A stretch of 64,000 bases of DNA from Octopus vulgaris (GCA_951406725.2 OX597836.1:32798001-32862000), one strand, 5' to 3'; shown: positions 40,568 to 55,429, counted from the first letter of the stretch. The notes: generated from the sequence alone by a model not told the origin. Numbers and translations are program-made.

Positions 40568-41786
40568 TGTATGTATATATATATATGATGGGATTGTTTC
40601 TGTTTCTGTCTACCAGTCTACCAAGTTTCCATCTACCAATTCTGTCTACCAAATTCACTCATAAGGCTTTGGTCAGCCCTAGGCTACAGTCACAGACGCT
40701 TGCCCAAGGTGTCATGCAGTGGGACTGAACCCAGAACCATAACGTTGGGAAGTAAACTTGCTATCACAGGCCTCTTATCAACTCAGATATCTATATGAGT
40801 CTACAGAATGTTTAAATGAGTTAATCATGTACATACACACATGGACACACATATATACACACGCAGAGCGGTATATGTGTGTATGTGAATCTGAAAGTGT
40901 ATGTCAGTGTGTGTGTGTGTGTGTGTGTGCCTTTCATGCATGTGCCAGCATGTTCTCCATAGGAAGAGTCTTGCGCCTTGAAATCAATTATTTACGTCGG
41001 CTTTTATTGTATATCGAAACTGTTGTAACATACTCGTTATAGATTCCACTACACTTCCATTTTCCTACCTCTCTCTTTGTACATGTGGGTGTATGTGTGT
41101 ATGTGTGTGAGTGTATGTGTGTGAGTGTGTGTGAGTACACATACACACACAACACATATATGTACCTATATCTATATATATGTATTTATATATCTATCTA
41201 TCTATATATATATATATTTATATATATATACATGAGTTTATATATGTATATATATATATATCTATGTATATACATATATACACATATATGCATACATATA
41301 TATAGATACATATATATATATATATATATATACACACATGCATATATATATATATATATATATATATACATGCATATGTATCTATACCTATATGTATACA
41401 TGTATACACAATGTATATACATAATATACATACATACACACATATACACATGCATACACACATACTTATATATAACTGTATGTGCATATATGTATGTGTG
41501 TGTGTGTGTATACATATATATACATATATATACATATACACATGTGTGTGTATGTATGCATACATACGCACTTCAATCACTTCACCTCTTGTATACACCC
41601 TCACACATATAATCACACATACTTACCCACAAATTCATGCACATTCAATATATTTAATGGTTTGATACTCAAATTTAGATCTCCATTTAGTACTCGGAGG
41701 GAATCAAATTTATCTAATTAAGATACTTTTAGTAGACTTTTCTTCGTTTGCATTGTGTGAGGTTGTTGTGGGTGTTGTTATTGTAG

Positions 41787-41818
<32 letters not shown>

Positions 41819-42117
41819 GGTGGTGGTGTTCTTTTTTCAAATTTTAATTTTATTTATATTTTTTTCTCTCTCTCTCCCTCCCTTCTTATCTCCTTCTTCC
41901 CAGATGCCACGACTGTGTGTTAATTTCAAAGAATAAACAAAAATCAACAAGAAAAATCAATAATTCTTTAGCGTACACACACACACACACACATACACAC
42001 ACGTGTGCACATGCATCCACACATACACATACATGGATGCATGCACATGCACACACATGGATATGCATGCACACAGGCATAAGCATATTTAGTCATACAA
42101 ACATACATACATGTACA

Positions 42118-42155
<38 letters not shown>

Positions 42156-42420
42156 AACATCATCTCTCTCATACACTCACTGTAGCTCTCTCTCTCTCTC
42201 TCTCTCCCTCTCTCTCTCTCTCACTTTCTCTCTCTTTCAGTTTAGACAGACAAAAAGACAGACAAATCCATATAAACATACATACATGCGTACACACATG
42301 CATGCATACATACATAGACAAACAGAGAGAGTGAGAGAGAAATAGACAAGGACAGACAGATAGACAATCAGACAGATAGACAGACAGATAGCAAGATAGA
42401 TAAATAGGAAGATAGATAAT

Positions 42421-42497
<77 letters not shown>

Positions 42498-42641
42498 AGA
42501 GAGAGAGAGAGTGAGATAGATAGATATTTAGACTGACAGGCAGAAAGACAGACACATACATACATACATACACAGGTAAATAGATTGGTATATAGATAGA
42601 CAAAAGAGAAGGAGAGATAGATAACAAGCATGTATCTTTGC

Positions 42642-42686
<45 letters not shown>

Positions 42687-42935
42687 TATATTATTGTATG
42701 TATGTTTAGCTGTTTGTATGCACTTGTATGTGTGCATGTGTGTGTGTATGTGTGTGTGTGTGTGTGTGCATCATTAAAAAGGTAAAGAGATGGAGGTGAA
42801 GCTGTTCATAAACAACAGTCCATTAAAGGTTGCTATTTTTAATAGCTCATTCCCATCAAGGAATGTAATTATGTCCTTTTAAAACTGTCATTCAATATCC
42901 TCATCAATAAGAGGTTTCTTACATATGTGTGTGCT

Positions 42936-42969
<34 letters not shown>

Positions 42970-43037
42970 TTTATATACATATGCATATATGCATATATAT
43001 ATATATATATATATGCATTTATATACATATGCATATA

Positions 43038-43077
<40 letters not shown>

Positions 43078-43091
43078 TGTGCATATACATA

Positions 43092-43139
<48 letters not shown>

Positions 43140-43897
43140 TATACATGCATGCATATATATGCATGTACACATATATATACATATATATATATGTATGCAT
43201 ATATATATATATATGCATATACATTTACATATATATAAAGCTAATATGTTTATATACATACACACATCTATACATGCATACACACACACACACACACACA
43301 CATTTGCAGATATACATACACATGCATGCATGTCATCACACATATCGTCGTCGCCTTCGTCATCATCATCAAGATCCTCATTGGCGTCATTGGCGTCGTC
43401 ATTGTCGTCATAATCACCATCGTCATCATCATCTTCACCATCATCATTATCATCATCATCATTGTCACCACTCTCACCTCCAACACCAACACCACAACCA
43501 CCACCACCACCACCATCATCACCATCATCGTCATCTTTTTACATCAATTTTCCATGTTGGTATGGGTTGGGTAGTTTGACAAGATTCAATTGATCCGAGG
43601 ACCGCATGCTGCTCCGATGTCCAAGGTATCGCTTTTGGCCTGGTTTCTATGATTGGCTGCACTTCATATCACAAGCCACTTCACAAGGTGTACCAAGTGC
43701 TCTTGTCATGGCACCAACATTAATGGGGTCACCTTGTACCACACAGAGCAAATGAGTAGAAGTTCAATTAAGATGGAAGAAACAGATTTATATTTGTGAG
43801 AGGGTGGTGGTGGTGGTGCTGCTGCTGGTGCTGATGTTGATAATGATGATGACGATGATGGACAATGATGATAATGACGACAATGATGGTGATGATT

Positions 43898-43932
<35 letters not shown>

Positions 43933-44371
43933 ATCTGTGTGATGACATGCAAGCAATGTGTATGTACATCTGCATGAGCAAGACAGTAATAAAGAGAAGG
44001 ACAGTGCTAAGGGAGTAGGTAAGGAAGGAGACAGGAGAGAGTAGAATAATGCCAGGGATCAGGGATCAGAAAAGGGAGCAAAATGATAAAGGGGATGGCG
44101 GTTTGAATTGGTGGACCCAGTATTGGAGTTGTTTAGGGAGAGTAACAGAGTGAAGAGTGGTATTGAGGGTGTGGGATAATGAAGGAGACAGCAATGTCAG
44201 GGGTCAGTGTGAAAGAGGAAGAAGTAGCAAGATACAGAGGGTGGAGGTTAGGGGGGGCCATTCAGTATGCATGGACCAGGAGCTTTCCTCTCAGTAATGG
44301 GTGGTATGGTACAGTGGGTAGGAGAGATGATGAGAAGATGGTAGGATATAGAATGGGTACAGTAAGTTAAA

Positions 44372-44625
44372 GGTCAAGGTTACCTTCTCAAGTCATGCTG
44401 ACTCATAATGGCCGGTTCCCTGGTGTCCATGGGGTTTAAATTCCCTACCTGGACAGGACACCAGTCTCTTGCAGGATTATTTACTTTAGCCTGCTGAGTG
44501 GACTGGAGCAATATGAAATGAAGTGTTTTGCTCAAGAACACAATGTGTTGCCCAGTCCAGGAATTGAAACCACAATCCTATGCTCATGAGTCCAATACTC
44601 TAACCACTAAGCCACATGCCTCCAT
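44372..44625 (-). mobile_element. tRNA-derived SINE, further family
   Basis: Minus: ggaggcatgtggcttagtggttagagt..gtttcaattcc..gtgttcttgagcaaaacact. Confidence 0.7.
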
Positions 44626-44676
44626 TAGTAGGTATAGTGGGTAGAAAAGATTGTGGAAAAATGTAAAGGTCTAGAG

Positions 44677-44942
44677 CAGTGATTCACAACCATTTCTTTT
44701 TTACCTATGGACCCCTTTGATTCCTGTTTTACTCACATGGACCCTCATAGCCAATATTTTTTTAAAATCCTATTATATATTTTATACTTAAATATTATTA
44801 AGAATTATATTAAAAAAATTTTAAAATATACTTTGTGTATTGCAGACATATAAGTATTTTGTTGGAACTAAATTTTAACAACAAAATCTGATATGGGCCC
44901 TCAAGTGTCCAAGGGCCATGTGGTCCTTGTTGAGAACCACTA
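44677..44942. mobile_element. hAT-Charlie-like MITE
   Basis: cagtgattcacaac ... gttgagaaccact; target-like gtctagag on the left. Confidence 0.55.
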
Positions 44943-45169
44943 TTATAGAATAAGTAATAGATTCTTGTCTTCCAACTCATTCCTTATCTCCTCCCACAGC
45001 AATAAATTTGTTTCTTCTGTCTGGTTGTGTTTGAACTTTTACTCATTTGCCTTGTCAGCTACAAGGCAACCCCACTAGTGTTGGTGCTATGATAAAAGCA
45101 CTCAAAACACTCTGTTAGTGTATATGCACTTAGCAATAAATAAGAAAGGTGTGTGTGTATGTGTGTACT

Positions 45170-45725
45170 GAATGTCATACCTAAGCTGTTCTACCACACC
45201 ATGTATTATCAGTCAGTGCAGTCTTCTGTCCTCTCCTTTATTAGATGTAATTATCTCATCCCAATTCTTCCTCAGTCTCCCTCTTCTGCAGGTACCATTC
45301 ACTTCACACATGTGGCATTTGCTTATACAGCTGCCATCCTCCAACTGCATCACAAACCCACGCCACTGCAGTAGCTTCTTTTACATGTTACATCCGATTC
45401 CCTTTGTACTAAAGTTTTTGTCTCACTTCATTTATACTTCAACTTCCATGCTCATTAGCAGAGTTCATCCAACAAAGCAAGCATGCCTCAGTTCTTTCTC
45501 ATCCTTGCAGATTCTCCACATTTAAAGCTCACATCTTGCTGCTCTGTTGCAATGCTGTGCATTTCACAGACAGGCATCATACAATGTGTTCTTAGACTCT
45601 GATGCAGAAGACCTCCGTTGGCATCAGTGCAGAACTTTCTTCTCCAACCTGCTCTTATCCTGGCTACTGTGCTTTTGGCTTCATTCATCTGTACAGCTGA
45701 CAAAAAATTTTAAACCAGACACATC
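45170..45725 (-). mobile_element. Heavily decayed RTE LINE fragment (post-RT region)
   Basis: Remnant STVARIRAGWRRKF and further RTE-like sequence with frameshifts. Confidence 0.55.
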
Positions 45726-45940
45726 CTAATCTCAGAGCTAAATTCAGAAATTTTTCATAATCATGATTGAGTGTGCCCTTCCCGCTAATGTTATTAATAA
45801 CCCTTGCCACTATAGGCACAAGGTCTGAAAGTTCAAGGGACAAGTTAAGTCGAATAAATCAACTCCAGGGCTAATTTATCAACCCCAAATGGGTGAAGAG
45901 CAAAGCTCATCTTGGCAGAATTGAAACTCAGCACAGAAAG

Positions 45941-46225
45941 CAGGGTTGTGGAGTTGAAACAAAAAATTTGACTCTGACTCTTGTACTATTGGCACTTCTG
46001 ATTCTGACTCTGACTCCAACTGACTCTGACTCCAACTGACTCTGACTCTTTTTTATGTAATTAAGTGTTTGTGGTCTACATATCAAATAAATCATATGCA
46101 TACGCTTGTACTTTGGGTAGGCGTATATGTTATAACTAGTTTATATTAATGAACAAAAAGATTGTGAGTCAGAGTCAAGAGTCGATATAGTTTTATTGAC
46201 TCCAATTCCAACTCCTCGACCACTA
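45941..46225. mobile_element. MITE with internal (ctgact/ccaact) hexamer repeats, inserted in a SINE
   Basis: cagggttgtggagttg ... caactcctcgaccact; SINE sequence continues on both sides. Confidence 0.5.
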
Positions 46226-46315
46226 ATAATTTCACCTGGCATGCAAACAATTCTACCAGTTCACTGCCTTAATGATAATAATAATAATGATAATAATAAT
46301 AATAATAATAATAAA

Positions 46316-46592
46316 GGGAACCGAAAATTATATGAGAATGATCCCTGGCTTACCATCCCTGCAAGAAGTGCAAAAGATTGTCTTAACTTGTACATCACAC
46401 GTATTGAGAAGAGCATTGTCGATGTGAGAACTGTTGCTGCTCATGTATTTTAATTTAACTTAAAAAAAAAAAAAAAAAAAATGAACGAACTATTGAGTTT
46501 GGTTTAATGGCCTACCAATGTATACTGTGAGTTTCTTTGCCCTAGGAGTCGGGAAGACACTCGGCAAGAAATGGAAGCAAATTTGAAAGAAG
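46316..46592 (+). mobile_element. 3' end of a second R4/Dong-like element in (AAT)n
   Basis: GTENYMRMIPGLPSLQEVQKIVLTCTSHVLRRALSM* followed by a 3' UTR; AAT repeats on both sides. Confidence 0.75.
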
Positions 46593-46639
<47 letters not shown>

Positions 46640-46836
46640 CCTGTCCACTGGAGGCACAAGGCCTGAAATATGGTGGGACGGGACTAGTCAATTACATCGT
46701 CCCCAAAAGGATGAACGGTAAAGTTGACCCCGGCAGAATTTGAACACAGAACATAGTGACGGGTGAAATACCGCTAAGCATTTCGTCCAATGTACTAATA
46801 AATCTGCCAGCTAACCACCTTCATGATACTGATAAA

Positions 46837-46872
<36 letters not shown>

Positions 46873-47439
46873 AAAAACAACAGTAGTAGCCATTGCCGAA
46901 AAATGCTTATTAGGTGAGACATTCCAGATTCTCCAGGAATCATTAAGCAAAAATTTCTTGCCAAACGAATAAAGCGAGGCTAGCAATCTCCCCTGCCTAA
47001 TCAAAAAATCATGCTCAACAAGAAACCAAATACCTGATCCAAGATTGATTCGCTTTACCAGCGGGAAGTGTTAATGATTAGAAGCAAGTGTCAGATAGTG
47101 GTGGTATATGGATTAGGTTTCAGTTCCAGCTCAGCTCATCACATCTCAACACATCGTCACTCTCTTCCTTATTGTCTTCCCCTCTGTTTCTCACTCTTTT
47201 TTTTTTATTTTTCTAACTTTTGTTATTATCATTATTATTATTATTGTTATTTTTTTTAAATTCGTTTTTTTTATTTTTCGCTTTTCGTTTTTTCCCCTGT
47301 TCTCTAGCCAGTTTCTAATATTCAAGCAGTGGCAAGATGGCTGAATGTGGTGGCATTGGTAGGTGGTGATGGATGGCAGCAGAGAGAGAAAGACAGAGAG
47401 ACAGAGAGAGACAGACATAGATAGAGACAGAGAAAGATG

Positions 47440-47497
<58 letters not shown>

Positions 47498-47573
47498 TAG
47501 ATAGATAGATAGATAGGGAGAGATAGAGAGGGATAGACATACATAGACAGAGAGAGGGATAGAGAGAGAAAGG

Positions 47574-47612
<39 letters not shown>

Positions 47613-48103
47613 GGAGGGGGAGAAAGATAGAGAGCGAGAGAGAGAGAAAGATAGATAGAGAGAGAGAAAGATAGAGAGAGGGAGAGAGAAAGATAGATAG
47701 AGAAAGAGAAAGAGAGAGAAACCGCTTATCCATTCTTGCTCCTTTTTTTGCAATTTTTTGCAATCTTTTATATTATTGATATCACTGAATCTCATCTCAA
47801 TTTATTTTGTTTTGTTTTGGTGTTTGTTTTTTTCATTTCAATACAAGTCCTTCTTTCTTCCTTCTTTCTCACGATCCCCCTCACTAGAAATAGTTAGTAA
47901 GTAAGGTTTGGAGCAAGGAGGGCCATTGAGCGATGTGGTTTGGTAATGGTGTGGTGGCGGTGGTGGCAGGAGTGGTGGTGGTGGAGGGAATAGAAAAAAA
48001 AGGGAGAATTAAAATGGGACGAACAGGATGGGTGGGGGGGAATTAGGTTAAGAATGGTTTCATTAAGTTTAGAGAGAGAGAGAGAGAGAGAGTGAGTAAG
48101 ATT

Positions 48104-48158
<55 letters not shown>

Positions 48159-48304
48159 GGATGGACAGATAGACAGATATATAGACTGACAGACAGATTG
48201 ATAGCTACATAAATAGATAGATGGATAGATAGATAGCTGGACAAACAGACAGATAGATAGACAGACTGGTCGACAAACAGACAGACAAATAGATTGATAG
48301 CTAT

Positions 48305-48357
<53 letters not shown>

Positions 48358-48660
48358 GGCAGACAGATAGATAAATAGATACGAAAAGAAAGAGAGATTA
48401 TGTGTGGGTAGAGAGAAAGAGAGAGAGAGAGAGAGTTGGGTGTGATTTTACTCAATACTTTGAATGACAGCTGAATAAATATTGTCCAACAAAAACAAAA
48501 ACAAAAAAAATTCAGAAATGTCCAATTAAGTTAAAAATAAAATTTTTTATTTTATTTTATGTTCTTGTTGCTTTGTTTTGTTTATTTGTTTTATATTGAT
48601 ATATCAATCCTTCAAAGGACAACACAGCTGCCAAAAAGCGCCTGAATTTTTCCTTATCTT

Positions 48661-48663
48661 TAA

Positions 48664-48712
<49 letters not shown>

Positions 48713-48786
48713 CAATAATGATAATAATAATAATAATAATGATAATAATGATAATAATAATAGTAATAATAATAATAATAATAATG

Positions 48787-48825
<39 letters not shown>

Positions 48826-48950
48826 GCAACAACAACAACAACAATAAAAATAATAATAGTAATCATTGTAATGACAATATTAGCCACACAGAACAATAAT
48901 AACAATACTACTACTACTACTAATAATAATAATAATAATAATACTAATAA

Positions 48951-48988
<38 letters not shown>

Positions 48989-49718
48989 ATGACAATATTA
49001 GCTATATGAAACAATAATAACAATACTAATAATAATGATAATGATAATGATGATGATGATGATGTTGATGATGATGATGATGATTTCTTTTATTTGCCAC
49101 CGTGGTGAAGGACGAGGGGGACAATACAAAGACAGACATAAAGTGCTGGGGTTTACATATAATGGAATGATAAAAAAAAAGGTTAAAGGAAATATGTTAA
49201 AAGAAGGAAAGTATATGGCAAGAAGGAGGAGGAGGAAGAAGAAGAAGAAGAAGAAGAAGAAGAAGAAGAAGGAGGAGGAGAAGAAGAAGAAGAAGAAGGA
49301 GGAGGAGGAGGAGAAGAAGAAGAAAGAAGAAGAAGAAGAAAGGGATAGGAGGAGGAGGAGGAAGAAGAAAAAGAAGAAGACAAAGGAGAAAAAGAAGAAG
49401 AAGTAGAAGAAGAAGAAGAAGAAGAAGAAGAAGAAGAAGAAGAAGAAGAAGACGAAGAAGAAGAAGAAGAAGAAGAAGAAGGAGGAGGAGAAGAAGATGA
49501 AGGAAGAAGATGAAGAAGAAGAAAGGGATAGGACGAGGAGGAGGAGGAGGAGGAAGAAGAAGAAGAAGAAGAAGACGAAGAAGAAGAAGAAGAAGAAGAC
49601 AAAGGAGAAAAAGAAGAAGAAGAAGAAGTAGAAGAAGAAGAAGGAGAAGAAGATGAAGAAGAAGAAGAAGAAGGAGGAGGAGGAGAAGATTAAGAAAGAA
49701 GAAGAAGGAGAAGAAAAA
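48661..49718. repeat. Compound trinucleotide repeats (AAT, AAC, TAG, GAT, then GAA/GGA)
   Basis: Seen directly. Confidence 0.95.
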
Positions 49719-50010
49719 GGAGGGAACCAGGCTGCTGGAGTTCTGCGATGCAAATGAGCTTATGGTTTGCAATACTAACTTCAAGAAACCCGCCAGTCAC
49801 CTAGTCACCTACCGTTCTGGCAGACACACTAGCCAAATTGACTACATCCTCGTCAGAAAAAGGGAAGGATGGCTGCTTATAAAAACCAAAACTTTCCCAG
49901 GTGAAGAATGTATCCCACAACATAGACTGGTAGTTAGTGACTTCAGGATCAGGGATGCCCAGAAGACGACCAGCATGGAGAAGAAGGGTCTGGAAGCTTA
50001 AGGATCCTGC
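49718..50010 (+). mobile_element. RTE-clade LINE fragment, AP-endonuclease C-terminal part
   Basis: EGTRLLEFCDANELMVCNTNFKKPASHLVTYRSGRHTSQIDYILVRKR...FPGEECIPQHRLVVSDF. Confidence 0.88.
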
Positions 50011-50136
50011 AGATTGGAGCCTGGTGCAGCCATCTTGTTTGCCAGTCCTCAGTCAAATCATCCAACCTATACTAGCATGGAAAGCGGACGTTAAACGATC
50101 ATGATGATGATTATATATATATATAAGAAGCCCATC

Positions 50137-50177
<41 letters not shown>

Positions 50178-50186
50178 AAGCCTGTC

Positions 50187-50217
<31 letters not shown>

Positions 50218-51334
50218 TTTCCAGTAACGCTGCCGTAATCTCTTTTATAGAGACTTAGTAATTTTAATATTTCTATCATATATATATATATATAAGAAGC
50301 CCTCGTATATATATATATAACAGGCTTCTTTCAGTTTCCATCCACCAAATCCGCTCACAAGGCTTTTGTCAGCTCAAGGTTACAGCAGCAGACACTTGCC
50401 CGAGGTTCCACGCAGTGGGACTGAACCCAGAACCATGTGGTTGGTAAGCAAGCTACTTACCACACAGCCACTCCTGCACGTGTGTGTCAAATATCTGCTT
50501 TTTTTTCTCTGTTGATAGCAGATGGCAGAAGGAGAGCAGGTATAAAAATCACTGTTGGCAACTTGGAATCAACTTGCTGATATACTGAATAAAAAAAAAG
50601 AAGAATTGACAGAACAATAATAATATGAATAGCAGTAGGAAAACATAACAAGAGAAGAAGTGACAAGATTATTGGATGTTAATTCAACATCAGCAAAGAA
50701 TTCCCAAGTCTGACACCTTTTTAATTAAATAGCTGAAACATCAGTAGCACAGTGAACATGAGCAACAGCATCAGTAGATTATCAGGGGCACAAGGGAACC
50801 ATTCCACCACAAGCACCGCCCTCATTATCTCATGATGTTCTATAGCAGTAAGGAGCTGCAGGATTGCCAAAATTGTTGACACTGCTACTACCATCACTAC
50901 AACATCAACCACAATGAAACGATAGCAAAGCTACCTCAGAAAGTTCAGCTGAACCAATACAAAGCAAATTGTTCACAAGGGTCCATAATATTGTGAAACG
51001 AGATAGCTGGTATATTTATTTTGTCACTACTGGCTGAAGTGTCAAATAATTCTTTCCAATTTTGGCTCAAGACCAATCATTTTATGGTGGTAGGAGGTGA
51101 GTCAGTTATATTGGCCCCAGTACTCAACTAGCACTTTATTCTGTCAACCCTGAAAGGATGAGAGGCAAGATTCAACCTCAACAGCATTTGAACTCAGAAT
51201 GTAAAACATATGGAATTTGAACTCAGAACGTAGTAGTAGATGAAATACCACTAAGCGTTTTACCCAGCATATTTACGATTTTGCCAGCTCACTGCCTTAA
51301 TAATAATAATAATGAGTCAGGAATCATGAAACAA

Positions 51335-51520
51335 TGACTGTATGATATCATGTTTGAATGAAGTTGTTTGTATGTTTTGTGAAGATGTGGGAAGGTTGTG
51401 CGATTATAGGTTGAAAAAGTGGGTGTAAGCATAGATCCCTGTCACACACCATTTGGAAAATTTACTGGTAGACTGATAGGTAATTTCCTACTTAATATTT
51501 TGAGGGTTTTTTTTGTTCTT
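51335..51520 (-). mobile_element. Decayed non-LTR reverse transcriptase fragment
   Basis: NGV*QGSMLTPTF..NL..HNLPTSSQNIQTTSF..DII resembles GVPQGSVLSPxLFNLY...YADDI. Confidence 0.55.
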
Positions 51521-53429
51521 TAATACAGTGTTAAGTACCTGTTTCATGAATGGATAGCCATGTATCTCCTCTATTACAAGTTGTCTGTTTCTGTCCCTCC
51601 ATCGTACTTAAACCTTTTATCACTTGGCATAAAACCACCTCCCTCAGTTGAGGGATCTTGTCTTGTGAGTTACTTGGTGGCCTCACTGGTGCTAGTACCA
51701 CATACAAAGCACCACAGGTATGGTCCCAGGAATTTTTGGAAGGGAGGGCACAAGGTCAGAAGCGAATAAAATTCCAGGAGAAAAGGGCATAACATTATTT
51801 AGAAGGGTGCACTTCTTTTCTTGGGGGATTCACGTGCCTCCCCTTGGGCCCCCAGTTCATTGGGTTAGCATTAGGAAGGACGTCCGGTCATAGAAAACGA
51901 TGCCAAAGCAGTCATTGGAATTTGGTGCAGTTCTTCGAATCATTGGCTCCTGTCAAACCTTCCAACCCATACTAGCATGGAAAAGAGACATTAAACAACA
52001 TTGATGATGACAGTGATGACAACAATGACGATGATGATGACAACGAGGATGATGGTGGATAATAATGGATCAGAGTTAAAAGCTTAAATGATGTCAATAG
52101 AAGTAAAAATGGGACATCTGGAAGGTTTTTTTTTTCCATTAGTGACACCATCATGTACGTCTTTTGTGAATTCTGTTTGAAAGCAATGTGGTAGGTGAGT
52201 ACAAGGGTCTGGATTTATGATAGATATAATAATGACTGTACAGGCTGTAGTAGCTAGTGGTGGTTTTGGTGGTGGTTCTGGTACTGATATAATACTGATA
52301 GTACTGATAGTGGTTTTGATGGTGGTGGGGCAGTGGAAATGGTGGTGATGGTTCTAGTGGTGATGGTGGTGGTGGTGGTGGTGGTGGTGGTGATAGTAGG
52401 TTTGGTGGTGGGGGTAGTGGTGATTTTAGTGGTGATACTGGTGGTCATGATGGCGAGAGTCGTACTGGTTGTTGTGGTTGTAGTAGAAATGGTTATGGTG
52501 GTAGTAGTGAGGGTGATGGTTGTGGTGGCAGTGGTAGTTATGGTGGTGATTGTTGTTATGGTAGGAGTTGTGATGGTGGTGGTGGTGGTGTTGGTGGTGT
52601 TGGTGGTGGTGGTGTTGTTGTTGTTGGTGATGATGGTGGTGGTGGTTGTGATAAGTGGTGGTGGTAGTGGCGGTGGTGGTAGTGGCGGTGGTGGTAGTGG
52701 CGGTGGTGGTGGTTGTGGTGGTGGTTGTGATAAGTGGTGGTGGTAGTGGTGGTGGTGATGGTGATGGTGGTGGTTCTGGTGGTTCTGGTACTGATATGAT
52801 ACTAATAGTACTGGTAATAGTTTTGATGGTGATGCTGAAGTGATGGTGGTGGAGGTTTTAATGGTTATAATTGCAGCAGTTGTAGCAGTGGTGATGGTGG
52901 TAGGTTGGCTGTGGTGGTGTTGGTGGTGGTGATGATGTGGCAGTGCTGCTGCTGCTGCTATTCTTGTTGTCATTGTCAATATCTTTGTTTATCCTGTCGG
53001 CCCTTTGTTGCCTTCGTCTTGTCTCCAAAGCATTTAAAAGGTTTCATTAGCTTGTCTCATTGAATTCACTGGAGCCACGACTGATGTTGCTTCCATCTGG
53101 CCTTGTCTCATCATTTTATGCTTTTTACTGGCCAATTTCACAAAGCTGTGGTGGACAGCTACAATACATTGAATTTAAGGCAATTTTTTAATATTTTTTG
53201 CTTATTTATTACTCTTTTACTCTCTCTTTTACTTGTTTCAGTCATTTGACTGCGGCCATGCTGGAGCACTGCCTTTATCTATATATTTATCTATATATTT
53301 ATTTCAACATCTATTTTTAATTTATAGATGCAGGTGTGGCTGTGTGGTAAGAAACTTGCTTCCCAACCACACAGTCCTGGGTTCAGTACCATTGTATGGC
53401 ACCTTGGGCAAGTGTCTTCTACTATAGCC

Positions 53430-53610
53430 TTATTCTTAATTTACTATTCTTCAGCAAGAATAGTGTCAACAGTGACATTGAAGTTTCAGCCTCATGAAGG
53501 CTAAGCAGACCAAAACTTTGAAGTCACTATCAACACTATTCTTGTTAATAAATAATAAATATGTACTCTACCAACTGTACTGAGTGATCCTTAATGTAAA
53601 ACTATTATAA
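53430..53610 (+). mobile_element. Penelope-like foldback element with decayed hammerhead
   Basis: Inverted repeat 53455-53544 around cCTcATGAaggctaagcagaccaAAACTTTGAAGTC; AATAAA and tail follow; abuts a truncated SINE. Confidence 0.5.
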
Positions 53611-54050
53611 CTTTACTTAAAAACATCATTTTTTAATTTGTATATAAATTTATTTTACTTATATTTAATGTACATATTTGTTTTACTATTTATTTTTAAT
53701 TTACCTATATATTTATTTTGATATATATCTTTAGTTTATCTCATTTGACTGTGGCCATGCTGGAGCACTGCCTTTAGTCGAGCAAATCGACCCCAGGACT
53801 TATTCTTTGAAGCCTAGTACTTATTCTATCAGTCTCTTTTGCCGAACCGCTAAGTTACTGGGACATAAACACGCCAGCATTGGTTTGTCAAGCAATGTTG
53901 GGGGGACAAACACAGACACACAAACATGCACACACACACACACACATATATATATACATATATATATGTAGGTCCCGGGTTGATTGGGTTAACCACAGTA
54001 AATAAGGTACTCAATACATAGCAGAGTAAAATTAATATATATAGAAGGAG

Positions 54051-54090
<40 letters not shown>

Positions 54091-54132
54091 TTGGGGAGTG
54101 GTCAGGAGTCAGTGTTAAATTAGATAGAAGAA

Positions 54133-54164
<32 letters not shown>

Positions 54165-54165
54165 C

Positions 54166-54199
<34 letters not shown>

Positions 54200-54725
54200 A
54201 ATGGGCTTCTTTCAGTTTCTGTCTACCAAATCCACTCACAAGGCTTAGGTGGGCCTGAGGCTATAGTAGAAGACACTTGCCCAAGGTGCCATGCAGTGGG
54301 ACTGAACCAGGAACCATGTGGTTGGTAAGCAAGCTATTTACCACACAGCCACCCCAATGCCTATTTTAACATTTAGTTTTATTTTACCTATAAACTTATT
54401 TTAATCATCATCATCATCATCATCATTTAATGTCTGTTGACCATGCTGGCATGGGTTGACTGGGCTGGCACGCTGAAAGGCTGTGCCAGGCTCCATTCTG
54501 ATTTGGCATGGTTTTCTATGGTTGGATGCGCTTCCTAATGCCAACCACTCCAAGAGTGTAATGGGTGCTTTTACATGCCAATGACACCGGATATATATTT
54601 TAAATTTATCTTTAGATTTATTTTAACATTTATTTCTAATTTATATATTTATTTTAACATTTATATCTAATTTATCTATATATTTATTTTAATATATTTT
54701 TAATTTACCTATATATTTATCTTTG

Positions 54726-55025
54726 TGGAGGCGCAATGGCCCAGTGGTTAGGGCAGCGGACTCACGATCGGAGGATCGCAGTTTCAATTCCCAGACCGGG
54801 CGTTGTGTGTGTTTATTGAGCAAAAACATCTAAAAGCTCCATGAGGCTTCGGCAACGGGTGGTGGCGACCCCTGTTGTACTCTTTCGCCACAACTTTTTC
54901 TCACTCTCTCTTCCTATTTCTTGAGTAACGCTGCGATGGACTGGTGTCCCATCCAGCTGGGGGGAAGACATATGCCACAGAAACCAGGAAACCAGGCCCA
55001 TGAACCTGGCTAGGCTTGGAAAGGG
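54726..55025 (+). mobile_element. tRNA-derived SINE family D (second copy 18874-19175)
   Basis: ggaggcgcaatggcccagtggttagggcagcggactc head; two alignable copies. Confidence 0.8.
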
Positions 55026-55393
55026 TGGTGTTTATCGTTTTTTTATATATATTTATCTTTAGATTTATTTTAACATTTATTTCTAATTTATATATTTATT
55101 TTAATATATATTTTAAATTTATCTTTAGATTTATTTTAACATGTATTTTAAAATTATCTATAGATTTATTTTTATCTATCTCTTACCCTACCTCAACTCT
55201 TGAAACACAAACCCCCTTCCAAACCCCCAACAACCCCTGTTTCCCTGAAAGAACTATTTTAAGCGCACTAATTGATTGAGCACCATACACTTCCACCACC
55301 ACTGCCACCACCACTACCACAGCTACACACCCTTCTACCATGTGTATGTATGTGCGTGGGGGGAGGTTGTGTGTGTATGTGTATGTGGGGGGG

Positions 55394-55429
<36 letters not shown>

